DNA of 64,000 nucleotides from Euprymna scolopes (taxonomy: Eukaryota). Under the pieces are notes generated by a model, which was not told the DNA's origin, searched no databases, and saw only the letters and a list, made by a program, of their open reading frames with translations. Below, piece by piece: positions 24,850-37,920 of the stretch (position 1 is its first letter; each line of letters opens with the position of its first letter). A program made the position numbers and the translations under genes. The DNA lies in assembly GCA_053919585.1 (NCBI GenBank), contig CM132786.1; one strand, 5' to 3'.

Positions 24850-25540
24850 GTGTTAGTAAATAACATTACCCCACTGATCGATTCTGCATAGGTACCAAAC
24901 TGCGTTACAACTAATAAGCTACGATTAAATATAAAACGATTTAATCTACAAACACGAAGTCAATGGCACACGTAATGTATATACTTTAAACAAAAGTGAT
25001 GTTATACCTCGCAGGCTACGAAAAATACAGAATGAAGATTAACTAAAAACTAATAGGAAATCAACTGTCAAAGAAGCAATTATTATTTACAATTTTATAT
25101 TAATAAAATTGAATTGATATTACAATACACGCATACGGTCGATGCTTCACACTGTTTTCAGACAGTATCCATTCTCAAGCTCTGAGGACGTGTAAGGAGT
25201 TTCCTCCTAAATGACACGAAAGAAAAAAGAACACCGGCGAATTATAATTTACTATTGGGAAATTGAAAAAAAATGTTTCTAAAAAATAATTTTCCACTTG
25301 TCTGGTCTTTCGAACTGTGAAATTTAAATTTGAAATATGAAATGCTTCTCAGACAGGGATTTTCTTATTATTTGACCATACCGTCTCACACGGTTGTCGG
25401 ACATGTTACTATCAGTCAAATTCTAACCTCTGATGACATGTCAGGTGTTACCTTCAATATGACACGAAACGCGAGTAAAAAACTCTTCTGCCGAAAATAT
25501 TTTACTTTTCGAAAATTAAAAAAAATATTTCATTTTAAGC
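24850..25540 (+). mobile_element. Degenerate Penelope-like element end with two tandem pLTR-like repeats carrying hammerhead relics
   Basis: NRKSTVKEAIIIYNFILIKLN* resembles a GIY-YIG C-terminus. Two diverged repeats lie 248 bp apart, each with CTGANGA-C...TGACAC-GAAA (25182-25221; 25430-25477). Confidence 0.5.
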
Positions 25541-25607
25541 TATGTGTTTACAAAAATTGCATTTGTCTATGCTTTTGAACCGTTCAGTTTTTAATATTAA
25601 CACATTC

Positions 25608-25650
<43 letters not shown>

Positions 25651-25973
25651 GCATACATAAGTACCAAACTGTCTTGTTTAAATCTAAAATTATATATTAA
25701 TAAAATGATATAGTAATTAAAATGCACACACATACGTTGAATAGTAAGTATTTACAATAAAAACTATTAATTCGAATAAATTATACAGTTGCAATTGTTA
25801 ACAACATAATTAGTAAATAAATAACACTTAAATATCATTGTCAGAAATTGTAATAGCTGTAAAGTGAAATGAGTGCGTGTGTCAACAATATAAAGCTATG
25901 AACAATCTCTATAGACTAAATCGACCTCTGCGTGTATATAATTTATTTGTACAGCTGTGCTCCTACGCCTGGC

Positions 25974-26048
<75 letters not shown>

Positions 26049-26059
26049 CTATGCTACTA

Positions 26060-26576
26060 TAAACCCTGGACCACTGATACTAATAATGCCCTACACCAGA
26101 ACTGAACATCCACCACTTTGCAGGCTTGAAACTGAGCACCTAGGATTACATTTTTCGCCTTTCCTCCGACTAACATATGCTTACCATCACTATTAGACTT
26201 GGTTTCGTCGCTGAAAAGCACTTTTGACCAATATGAAGAGTCATGATCTTCATGCCATCTGAGGAAGTACAGACAGCGCTTTCTGTTCTTTACAGAAATC
26301 ATTGGTTAGCGTCTTGCAACATATGATCGCAAATTACATTGCTTTAATCTTATCTTGACAGAAAAAATAGTACGTTTTGACAAGATTTAACAGCCGGTTA
26401 AAATCCGTTTCTTATTTAGAGGCATCACGAACACTGAGAGTGTTTTGTTGCTTTTGCACAGTCTTTCGTACCGTTTTCTAATCACATTTCAATCTACGGC
26501 CGATTTCTCGATTGGATAAACAAGAAAGGTGGACATTACTGAGCTCTTGACGATCACTAAGAGAAAGTCGTGGCAT
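26060..26576 (-). pseudogene. Tc1-like transposase N-terminal half, degenerate, truncated at (TA)n
   Basis: ATG at 26576 (MPRLSLSDRQ). KNRKRCLYFLRWH...WSKVLFSDETK contains the first catalytic D. A GGCSVLV motif lies in a shifted frame. Confidence 0.75.
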
Positions 26577-26896
26577 ATGGACGAAATGGTATGTTGTATA
26601 ACCTTGAACAACAGCAATTACGATTCGTGATTCTTTGTTGCATGTTGATGGACTTTTAAACCAATTTATAGGCGATAATTGAAGATGTTTGTTGCTGCAG
26701 ACTTTCTTTTTGCCTCCTAAATTTGAAGTAATATTTTTTTAGTTGACGTTAACACTAGACTATATCTATTAACGTTCAACTATAGACATGTAAAATTATA
26801 GAGGAATAAAAAGCGAATAAATGAGGTACAGGTTGTTTAAATAGTGACATTAATTTTGCTTAAATTTGGAGATTTTAAAAATTAAATATGCGGACT

Positions 26897-27054
26897 NNNN
26901 NNNNNNNNNNNNNNNNNNNNNNNNNNNNNNNNNNNNNNNNNNNNNNNNNNNNNNNNNNNNNNNNNNNNNNNNNNNNNNNNNNNNNNNNNNNNNNNNNNNN
27001 NNNNNNNNNNNNNNNNNNNNNNNNNNNNNNNNNNNNNNNNNNNNNNNNNNNNNN
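26897..27054. other. Assembly gap
   Basis: N run. Confidence 1.
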
Positions 27055-27397
27055 ATCGATATATTTGCCCAGTGATCAATAATAAATGAAACTTGATATT
27101 CCAAAAACTTAACTCTTTCCCAGATGTTGTTCTGGGGTTACTGGCTATTGACTCTCTCTATTCACTTCCACATATGCGTGATCTTTCTTTTTCTCACCCT
27201 TACCAAATTGGTTTACATTAGTTGTTCCCTTTCTCTTTTATTTTTCTATGAAAATGTAAAAAATTAATACATTTTTCTTATCGATCATTTTTTTGTATAG
27301 AAAAAATGTGTACTTGACCTTATCCTATCAAAACAATTACCTACCGCTTGCCTGATGGCGTCGTGTTCCCGTATTAGGAAATAACATTGCATAAATA

Positions 27398-27399
<2 letters not shown>

Positions 27400-27481
<82 letters not shown>
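27400..27481. repeat. Compound (CA)n(TA)n microsatellite
   Basis: Direct reading. Confidence 0.97.
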
Positions 27482-27484
<3 letters not shown>

Positions 27485-28419
27485 GCGCGCTCGTCCATAC
27501 GTTTACAACCTCAAAATGATAATAATCATTTTCGCAATGACATATTAAACTTCAAAATATATTACCCAGCTGTAAACTAGAATAATCAACGTGAAATTTG
27601 TAAACTCCTTCAAAAGGAAAACCCCATATTGAGAAATAATAGAACTCGAAAAAACCTACAAAGTTCAAAATAAGAATATGGCAAAAACCTTAAAATCAAT
27701 AAACCTTCAAATAAGACTAAACAGCATTTAAATCATAATTTATGTTAATATAGAAGAAAGTATTTTCTCATCAAATTATCCCATGAGTACGGGATTTCCT
27801 CGATAACAGATCATATTTCTTTGGTACCCCTGCTTCACCATTCATAAAGTATCGCTTGCCTTATGATTGGTTTTATTAGATTTATAAATCAGCGGATAGT
27901 ATCTGTCTTATAGGATGTGCATTGTGCCGACCGAACTACCGCACTCTGCACTCCAACTCTAGCGCAGTTCTTTAAAAACACCAGAACATGTTACAGGTGT
28001 GGAATCCTTATCAAAGAGGATGTCCATAATTGTGCTTCAACATGTCCAAGCAATCTATCAATAAATGAGCATAGCATGCATAGCTATAATGCTGCCAAAA
28101 TAAAGACACTGACCGTTGCATTTAGATGAACGTAGCGAGCTGCAAACTGATTAACTGTGGCAAGGTAGAATATATACCATCATAATCCAAATACTATAAT
28201 AAATTCTATCAAATTACACAGCATACGTCTTGCCTGAGAAGCATATTGGGCGTTCGTACTTTAACCACACACAGTTTACTCCAATCAATATTGTAGTTGA
28301 TTTGGATTGAAGAATATAATGACCGAAATAGGTTGTAACTTCACGAGAGAAGAGAGACAAACTCAATTACAAAATAAATTATATGGTTATCACACGCGAC
28401 AGTACGTCTGCGACAACGA

Positions 28420-28830
28420 TCAAGTTACCTGAACAACAAATTAAAACCGAACCCTCTCATTTGTACGAGTAAACACGAGCAATACAGTCGATGCCCCTGG
28501 AAACCGTACAAATGAAATCCGGTTACGCGACCAGGCACGGCCGTAACACCTACATCGATATGATCGGACACCGTTCAAGTAATCGTCTCTATACGACTCG
28601 ACACTGTTCTGAATTATTATTATGTCCATACCATCCCACACAATCCCGAACAATTCCGTCAACATGATTCGATACGATGAAAAACATTCAGTCCTTACGA
28701 TGTGACACATTACAAGAGCAATTTCGTCAGGCATTCGGAAAACGACTCTTGTATCGTTTTTTGGCGTTTCTTAGACGAAATTATTTTCGCCGTACACTTA
28801 TAATAGATAGCGATAAGGCAATACAGTGTT
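28420..28830 (-). pseudogene. Highly degenerate Tc1-like transposase fragment
   Basis: IVWDGM...YLNGVR...VLRP is a weak match to VWGGI...GNLNG.RY.DEVLRP. Confidence 0.35.
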
Positions 28831-30842
28831 CCTCTCATCTGTTTTTGAACACACTAGTTTTCAAGCTTTCTGCACATTTTCCATTATATAGAAAACGCTG
28901 ATATTTATTGGTGGTAGAATTATGCGTAACAGATTCCAAGCTGACAATTACAACCTTCAAGTCAAGGAATTATCACACTCATACGGTGATGAGATCGTTG
29001 CATTGACATGAAATATTAGTGTCTTAACTAAATCATTTAATATTTCTTTATATTAACATATATGATAAAAACAATTTTAGCTCCATATATTGTGGATGAA
29101 AACTAATCACGCATGGAAATATTGCATGCCTCTCTTAAGCCACTTTTTGTAAATGTGTGATGCATTGTTGCTATATATGACCTAGTGCATCTACACCTAA
29201 ACCCTCTCATACCTTGTTTTAAAACGTCGTCTAAAATCTAATAACCCCTGCACTATCAAACCAGCCTTTAATGTTGTCCAATTTTTCGATTAGTGTGCTT
29301 TTTAAAATAAATTCACTAGTATGTGCTCTGAGGAACTCGTTGCCATCTCTGTAGCATTGCCATAAATGAAACTGACTAACTTGGCGAGCAGTTGTTGTAC
29401 TGATCCTTAAATTCTTGCAAGGATTACACTATAATAATCCTCGCTCTAAAACGCTGAACTTTAGAAACTTTTCGATGTTTCCAGCTTCATTATTGTTGAA
29501 CATATATCTCGATTCTCAGCTATTTCCATCGCACTCATCATGTTCAAAATTACTGGCCTCTTACATCCCAGAAGAAATGTTCTTTCATTGTAAATGAGAG
29601 TAAAATAATCTAGCTATTCAACTGTGAGTTTTGTCTTCTTCCTTTATATTTCGCAAGGATAAATATGTAGATCAATACATATGTTGGCATATCTATGATT
29701 TTAGTTTTAAAAATGAAATCAACTACTGTTGAAGGCATCCATTGATTCTTATAAATTTATTCTTATAAAATGTATATATATTTAATGTGATGTTTTAATT
29801 GACACGAATATCTTATCGTATATGTTTGTAGACGTGCAGAATAACGGGCTCCTTGCCACTGAGTGTGTCAAGCCGTTCATTCTATTAATATTTACCGAGG
29901 TGCAATCCTTTAGCCAAGAATATTATTAATGTATGTCCTCGAGAACCAAGTTAATGAACAAAGTATTTCTGTAAACACTTCCATTAGCATTCCAATGCGA
30001 ATTTATATCATTATTTTAGCCCACCAGTGCCATTACAGTAGTTCTTATATAATGGTTTTCTGGCTTCTAGGCATTTTCGATCTCTAAACGCATACGTTAT
30101 CATCGAAAGATAACACCCAATCTTGCTGCGCACAAGTGACCAACACATTCTCTTTTGTTATCTCTTGAACAGCAGGTTCCACTCGGCAAACATGGCAAAC
30201 TGTTCTGAAAATGGTACAATTTTGGACAAAATAAGTTTTGCTACGAATTGTTTGTATTTATATCATACTAGGCGCTGACACTAGTTTCGTGTGGTCCAAA
30301 AAAAATTCAAATATATTTGCGGTTTCAATATTAGAATATAGTTAAAAATATTTTTGAAATATGATGTAAACTAAAAAAATTTTTAGCGAGAAATGTTCTC
30401 TAAAATTGCTTGCTTTAAGGATACAAATTAGGCCAATGAATCGAAAAGGATTCGCAATTATGTAACCTTTGAAAATAGTAATAAAATGATGTAACTATTT
30501 TAATAACTGGGGTATTATTTTATTTTCTCTTTCTTATATGAAACGACATCAAATAAATATAGGTGTTATATTAAAATTATAAAATTAAATAGCACTAAAA
30601 GTTATGCCTTAAAACATGGCAAACCCAGGTAAACTAATATCTTAAGATATATATTTTTTAAGCATTATTTTGCAAGGAATTATTATATTTCCCATTAAAT
30701 AACTTGAAAAGAACTGGCATGCGGTTAAAAAACCGTAACCTAACTATATCAATTTTGTGAAATTTCAGTTAAAACAATCATTTTCCACCGTCAAACGCGA
30801 TAAAGATATATTTTTGCAGTGTATTTGTCATGCAAAAATTGG

Positions 30843-31113
30843 TTGGTTGGTTGTTTTGTTTTACGGCATATCACCCCTTTTCAGGTTATTTAATGCCGAA
30901 TCGGGTGATTTTGAAGAACGATTTTTTAATATAGTCTATTTGTTTTTTAAGTCGTATTCTATTTAACCCATAATTGGGACCCTAACAGGTGTTACCACTC
31001 CGGGTCAGAGTGGACCTGGGAGCAATGGCAATTAAAGGGTGGCTCCACACTCCCTAAGGCCTGCAAGCTGGGGCCCTCACCATCGGATATAGTTTAAGGT
31101 CATATCCAGGACC
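30843..31113 (-). mobile_element. SINE-like retroposed repeat with (CCAA)n tail and 11-bp TSD
   Basis: TSD GCAAAAATTGG at 30832-30842 and 31114-31124. Body GTCCTGGATATGAC...CCAGGTCCACTCTGACCCGGAGTGGTA...GGGTCCC. Simple-repeat tail. Resembles an abundant cephalopod repeat as I recall it (unverified). Confidence 0.8.
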
Positions 31114-33039
31114 GCAAAAATTGGCAATAGCATTATGATTTTGAATTTAGCATGGTGACTTATGAATTAATTAGTGTGTCAGTAATGTAACGCACTGTCC
31201 TTGCACATTGTAATAGCGCTTAGATTTGAAATACTGTTTTCTTTTGTTCTGTGACATTTTTTGTTAGAAATTGCATTTCATCGTAAAAAAGCGCTTACGA
31301 TAAATTCTGTTACGCTGATATATTTAATAGTATTCTTCTATTCGGTGCTGGATAGTATGAAAAGATAACGTTCTGTTTATCGATATTTCTGTTGTAATGA
31401 ATTCCGATATAGTATTTCCAGTTAAATGTGTTTATGCTTCGAATATCCTAATCAACTGTTTATTCATAGATTTTCAAAGAAAAATTGTTGCCTTAGTTTG
31501 GGGTTTATTATGTTTTGGAAAGAGAAAAGGAAAATAAAAAAAATATATGATTACATCAATAAGTGGTAGATTTAAGTAAGGAAAATGATATGTCTAGACA
31601 AGTTGATCGGAGGTACTGACGAACGGAACTTCTTTTTTCGATATGCGACGTCGCGTCTAAAACAAACTATGAGACAATAAATCAGAAATATAACTTTAGG
31701 CGATGACAACGATTACGACCTCGACGAGAACAACTACTTTAAAACAAGGAAAAACATATATTGAATTAAATAAAAAAATATACAGACAATTTGAAGTAGA
31801 AGAGACATTATGCTGAAGGTTCAGAAGCCAAATAATAGGTGTGCCCTCTAGCCAAATAGAAATGATAACTCAACAATGTTACAGACATAGGCGGACACTT
31901 ACGCACACATGATTGCAGTTAATACATACATACATTCATATTGTATAACCATACAAACATACATACATATATACATAAATGCATTAAAAAACACGCATTA
32001 TTGTATACAAGAACAGAGAGAGGACGAGTGAATAATTATGAAATAATCTTCATATAGCATATACGGACCACTACGACACAATTCTGAATATAAATTTGAA
32101 TCAAACTTAAAACAGAAAATATGACGTTGTTCAGGATTTAATAATAGGCCGTATTTCCTCCTGCATACAGTCGATAAATTGTATCACATTTGGAATTCTG
32201 GCATTTTACATTTTCTTCTACTATTCGGATGTTTTAAATTCTCAAAAAAGAATTTGAAGATATTTAATAATGCCTATTGTTAAAGGTTATGAATACTCGC
32301 CATGACTAACGGAAAGCGGGCATGCTATTTCCACTTATTAAATAAAGGGCGTTGTTTGCAATACCGTATAAAATCCACAGTTCTCATAATAGATAGCCCA
32401 GTTCAACAGAAAAAATAATAGCGCGATAAGATGCAGGTGATTTAGATTGGATTGTAAGAATAACACACAAGACAAAACACCAATCCTAATAATATAAATA
32501 ATAAATAAATCGCAGCTGCGTTATTTTAGTAAAATGCTTTCACCTTACGTGTCCTGTTTTTAGCATATAAATAAAGTACACGAAATATAGCCCATATAAC
32601 GATATTTTATTCTGAAATGCTCTGTTCCCCAAATATATAACCATTCGTTAATAAGTTTAGTTGTGAATACTAATTCACAATAATAATGTGAAAAATATTA
32701 AAGCATATAAACCTGCCTAATTTATATAATTAGAGATAATGCTAACTTTAAAGGTGTTCACCATGTGCTGGGATTTCATGTTCTTACATAAGGGTAAGCT
32801 AAATAGGCTGTTTTTTTCATATTATGTGATTAATAATAGATAGACACCAAACGAACTCGGGCAATTCCCCTGTTTGAAAATTGAATATTTATATATCTGA
32901 ACATAATAAAAAGAAACTTTTTGCAAAAAATTATGGCGACTATATTTATTACATGTTTTTATATATTGTTGGACAGTTCTTTATTATTCTTACTTCTATA
33001 AGGAGATTTGTGCAAGCCGTATCGAGCAGTAACTGTTTT

Positions 33040-33730
33040 TCATTTGAAGTTTTTCAGTTATCCAATTACGACACTATATTTAACCAACGAGCAGATTCCG
33101 GGAATGTCAAGTATCAGTAATTCGACAATATATTTTTTCTGAAGGCAAATCGGTCGTCTTGACGCAGAGGTTGGATGATCGACTCTGGGGCAGTCTTGGT
33201 ATTGGCGTGTATTTTGTTCCTAACATTGGCTCTGTTACCCAAATAAAACTTTCCCTAAAAATCATGCACAAGGGAGTAGGACCAGTAGGGTTTGTCCTGA
33301 AGTCGTATCTCCTTACACGGGCTCTAATCTTCAAAGATGATCTCGGTCAACTGAAGCAGTTTGAACAAGCCATGAACACGAGCACGGCAGTGAGCCCTAA
33401 AACAGCACTTCTAATTGTTCTTGTGCTGTGACTTTCAAAGCATATGTAGTTAACAATTCGATGTTAAATTTTACGTAGATAAAAGAAGGGTAAAGCAACA
33501 TTGTCCAACCCACCAACTTATAGCAGTCTAAAAATAAATGTCCATATTTGCTTTGTCACAGAGTCCTTTTTAGAAACGTGTTCCCATTGAGGGGGCACTG
33601 CTAAAGGACAGAAAAGCAGATCAGCGATAATGTCACCTCTACGACCACATCATATAAAGGAGAAACCATACAGTCATTATGAGCGGCAACCTGTACATCC
33701 AGAACTAAAGGTTTCCCAGGACTAAAGGTT
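33040..33730 (+). mobile_element. Very degenerate RTE-clade LINE 3' fragment
   Basis: GRLDAEV/DDRL and FEQAMNTST...KTALL (cf. VLEQA...LKTQLRW), plus a terminal T-C-T-S-R remnant of the C-terminal zinc-finger region. Confidence 0.4.
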
Positions 33731-34383
33731 TGCTTACACGACTCTGAAATATGTAGCTGTCACTTCCGGTAACATTTTGGTGGGGAAAGAAGCAACGTAT
33801 GGACCCCTTTCATATTATCTCCAGAGGCATACCATGAAAATTCCAAAGGCTAGTATGCCGTTGTAACGAACGTCAGCGTTATCAAAACTTAATCTGGAGC
33901 CGTGGATGAGCTCAAAACAGAGTTGTGTCAATGGTGACAATAGACGTCAAGAAAAAAAAAGAACTTACTTATTCCGAAAACAAGTAACGGCCGAATGCTT
34001 CCGGGACTTGAAGACCTTTGCTTATATATTTGCAAGATAAGTTTCGCAATTTAGAACGCGCGTGTCACAAAAAATGCACGAGGAAAAATAGCAACTTTCA
34101 ACATAATGTGACAGTATCAAAAGATGGTAACAGAATATACACGCGGGTAAATGACAAAAGTTTCTACTGTCGACTTCTAATGCTATGTCGAATACAAACC
34201 TTTAATAGTTGTGATTTCACGATAGAGGAACCCCGAAGCGATTGACTTGGTCTTTTGCAACAAGAATCTAATGATTGATAATATTAATTTAACTGAGTTT
34301 GGACTGGGCCATATTAAACAATATAACCGCATTGTGTAGACAATAGAAACTAAACATTTTTATTCATAATAGAGGGAGTGAGA

Positions 34384-34450
34384 GCTTCGACATCTTTTGC
34401 AAACGCCTTTTTGCTGTAAGCAAAGAGGGCATTGGCAAAAGTGTCGAAGC
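34384..34450. other. Imperfect ~30-bp hairpin with 5-nt loop
   Basis: GCTTCGACATCTTTTGCAAACGCCTTTTTGC-TGTAA-GCAAAGAGGGCATTGGCAAAAGTGTCGAAGC. Confidence 0.8.
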
Positions 34451-35859
34451 AAATAAAAAACAAGAACAGCTGCTCGTCGTAAGTATAATGCAGTAAAAGA
34501 CTATGAGCGCCAGAGAGATGGTTGATCCAATTGCTAAGTTGATATTGATATCAGAGTAACGAAGGGGAAACAAGAATAAAATACAAGATAAATGTTTAAG
34601 AAATAGTATCTAATCTCCAACCAAATAAATATGTGAAATGATCAGCATCATTACAAACTATTTATACGCTAAATTATAATCTTTAGTAACTCACGCTTAA
34701 ATAACCTCTAATTGTGTTCTTCCATCACTTTAGGAACATAACAAAGGAATAGCACTAACATAATGAGAATACACGCATTTGATCATCATCTCCTCCTAGT
34801 CTGCACTTAAGAACGAAAATAACAAAAACAGTGTTCTACCTACATAAAGAGTCATATCTGCGTACGGGTGAGTATCTTAAAATAGTCCATCTAACGCCCC
34901 CGAAGAGTAAACTACTTCGTCCGCTGAAACAACTGACGTATGGCTGGAGTAAACATTCTCTCTGGATACTAGCGGTAAAGTTCGAGATCGGTAACAGTCT
35001 AAAAGCACATAATCCTGCCTCATCAAGACTTGAAGGGGGTGCTTGACAATGACTCGTAACGATTGACACATCGTTGAATCCATAGTATCTTACTTCTAGG
35101 GGCATAAGCTACCGAAGTACAGTTGATCGGGTACTTAGATGCTTACGTATTTAAAAACAAACGACTGTGATAGAAATAACTCACTATGAATTAATCGGGG
35201 ATCAGCAGGTTCTCTCGGCACATTTTAAAGAGTTTTAAGTATGAAGTGATCGGTGTGGTAGGGGAAATTTTCGGATCGTAATACGTACCCTGCCAGAAAA
35301 AGTAAACGCTAAAATAAAGACGCTGGTAGCGGACTGATCATGGTATTTGTTGTTCTAAAAACATATTAATTTGGTGGTCGCGATTATGCACCTATAACCG
35401 TCCGGGCGAGGGTTTATTTTGGGATGGGGCTGAGTTTGGCAGAGTAGATTGTAGCTTATTGAACTAAGAAACTCAAATGCCATACCAGGGTCTTTGTAGT
35501 AATAGCATTAAGCAGGCCTTATAACTTAAGTATTATAATTAACAGATGTAATTTAATTTGTTAAATAAATCTTGTTGCGGATTTCCAAATTCAACCGGAA
35601 CTAAATAACGTCTAATGATGGAACTATTTCCTTACGTAACTCGAAAATATGCCAGGCCATTGCATTGTACCGAATTGACGAGGAAATTGCAAGAATACTC
35701 ATAAATTTCCTGTATTTTGATTTCCAAAATATATGAAATTATTTTACATTTGAGTATATGCATTTATAACAGCGAAGTTCGTGGTGAGTGAATAAAGCAA
35801 AGTAAGGTTTGTTTGAAGTTTAGTGATGACAAAAAATTGAAATGTCATAATGATATTTA

Positions 35860-37163
35860 CAGGGTGAACAGAAAGTCCATGGACCATTTTTAGTTTTAAA
35901 ATTAAATATTGTTAAAATCACTTTTTTTTCTTTTCTAATAAAGTAAGTATTTAGTCTAACTATTGATCTAATTATTTTTAACAAAAATATTAAAATAATT
36001 TTGTTTAAACTTTCAGAAAAATGAGCAAACGAGCGGCCATAATTCAGCTTCATTGCGCGGGAAGGACAAACTCAGAGATTATTAAGCTCTTGAAAGTGGC
36101 TAAATCCACCGTGTACCATGTTGTGAACAGATTTAAGGAACTTGGTACATCTGAAGACCGCCCTAGGAGTGGAAGACCTCGCACTGCTCGAACAAAGAAG
36201 GTGACTAAAGCTGTCCGAGAGAGGGTAAGGAGGAACCCGCAGAGATCTGCAAGACAAATGGCTAAAGACATTAATGTGAGCGTGATCTCGATGAGAACCA
36301 TCATAAAAAACGATCTCCAGTTGTCCCCCTACAAGATGAGAAATAGCCAGTAACTCACACCTGCCCAAAAGCACAAAAGACTTGAAAGAGCAAAGCTTCT
36401 TCTTGGAGAACTGAAGGCTGGCACGGCAGAGCGAGAGATCGTTTTTTCTGATGAAAAACTCTTCACAATTGAAGCGACTGTTAACAATCAGAACGACAGA
36501 GTTTACGCAAAATCTTCAGCAGACATTGATGACTCTGTGAGAATAGTTTTCCGCCGGCAAAAGCCGTCTTCCCTCATGGTGTTGGCTGCAGTCTCCAAAT
36601 CTTGGAAGTCGCTTCTGATTCTCGTGGAGCAGAGGGTTAAGATCAACACACATATCGCTACATTAACGATATTTTGGTTCCAGCATTTGAAGAGATGAAG
36701 AAACACTTCAAAGATCAGCCTTTCACCTTCCAACAAGATGGAGCACCATCCCACACCTCCAGAAAAACTCAAGACTGGTGCCAACGTCATTTTCCAAGAT
36801 TCTGGAGTAAGGAGATGTGGCCTCCTGCATTGCCTGATTTGAATCTCATGGCTTTTTCGGTGTGGTCTTTGTTGGAGGGAAAGGTCTGTTCTGTTGCTCA
36901 TCCAAGTGTTGATGTTTTGAAGACATCTCTTCTGAGTGAATGGACTAAAATACCTCAGGAAACGCTGCGTGCCTCGGTTGGTAACTTAAGACAGGGAATT
37001 TAACGTCTAATCGAAAGGAAGGGGCATCACATTGAAAATAAATAATTTGAATTTATTCTTGGTTTCCTAACTTATAATTTTCATTCATGTTTAATTTATA
37101 TTTTTGTAATTTTCTATTAATAAACCACTTTTTAATTGGTCCAAGGACTTTCTGTTCAGCCTG
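35860..37163 (+). mobile_element. Full-length Tc1/mariner DD37D (maT-type) DNA transposon, 1304 bp
   Basis: TA TSD (35858-59, 37164-65). TIRs CAGGGTGAACAGAAAGTCCATGGACCA and (reverse complement) CAGGCTGAACAGAAAGTCCTTGGACCA. Confidence 0.95.
36021..37045 (+). pseudogene. DD37D transposase, inactivated
   Basis: HTH with GRPR, then VFSDEKLF, FQQDGAPSH and WPPALPDLNLMAFSVW. Premature stops at 36351 and 37001; frameshift at ~36655. Confidence 0.93.
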
Positions 37164-37920
37164 TATAATAAAATATCATCGTATATATTAAATATTAATA
37201 AAATAATTCGTTAAAAATTGTATTATTCGTTTTTTTTTCTTCAACTGCATATTTTAATTAATGAATAAAAATATAAAACCACGCATATCTTGACTAGGAC
37301 CGTTGTAAACATCTTTTGTAAACTTGAAAATTATCATATTTACCTGTGATTTTCCTAAGACTGGTGTCTTAATATTAATACTGTTTTTTTATTATTGAGG
37401 GCTCTGTGATAAACTGTTAGTAAATTTTCAATAAATTTATTGAACCTTTAGCCACGATTGTGACTTTACGAGTATATTGATTTTGTGGGTTTATTTTAGA
37501 ATCGCATGAGATTCGTAAACGGTCCAAACCAAATATATATCAAATCAATGATACGAAATGCAAGTTTATTTATTTTCTATGTAACTGGAGTAAGTTTTGC
37601 TCTTTAATGTAAAATCTCTATTCAGTTCAAATAAGTGTAACTTATTAAAATTTTAAATTGCATGACAAATTTATATATATATATATATTAGTGATGTATA
37701 AAATTAAGTGATGACGAGTTATTTTACAACTATTATTAAAGTGTATTTCTTCTTTAACTATGTCTGTTAGTGCATAAAAACAAATCATTTACATGAAATT
37801 TTCAAAGTCTGTTTTTATAATATTAAATAATATTTTTTATTGAGTTACAACTGTGTACTTTTATTTAACTTTCAAATAATTTAGTTAACTAATGTCCTCG
37901 AAACTTTAGTTAATATTATA

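Noticed and set aside
27760-28130. Possible minus-strand RTE-like fragment
   Set aside because: Only vague similarity; no diagnostic motif could be read
28305-28340. TTGAAGA...ACCGAAATAGG hammerhead-like string
   Set aside because: Neither the core nor the stems are intact
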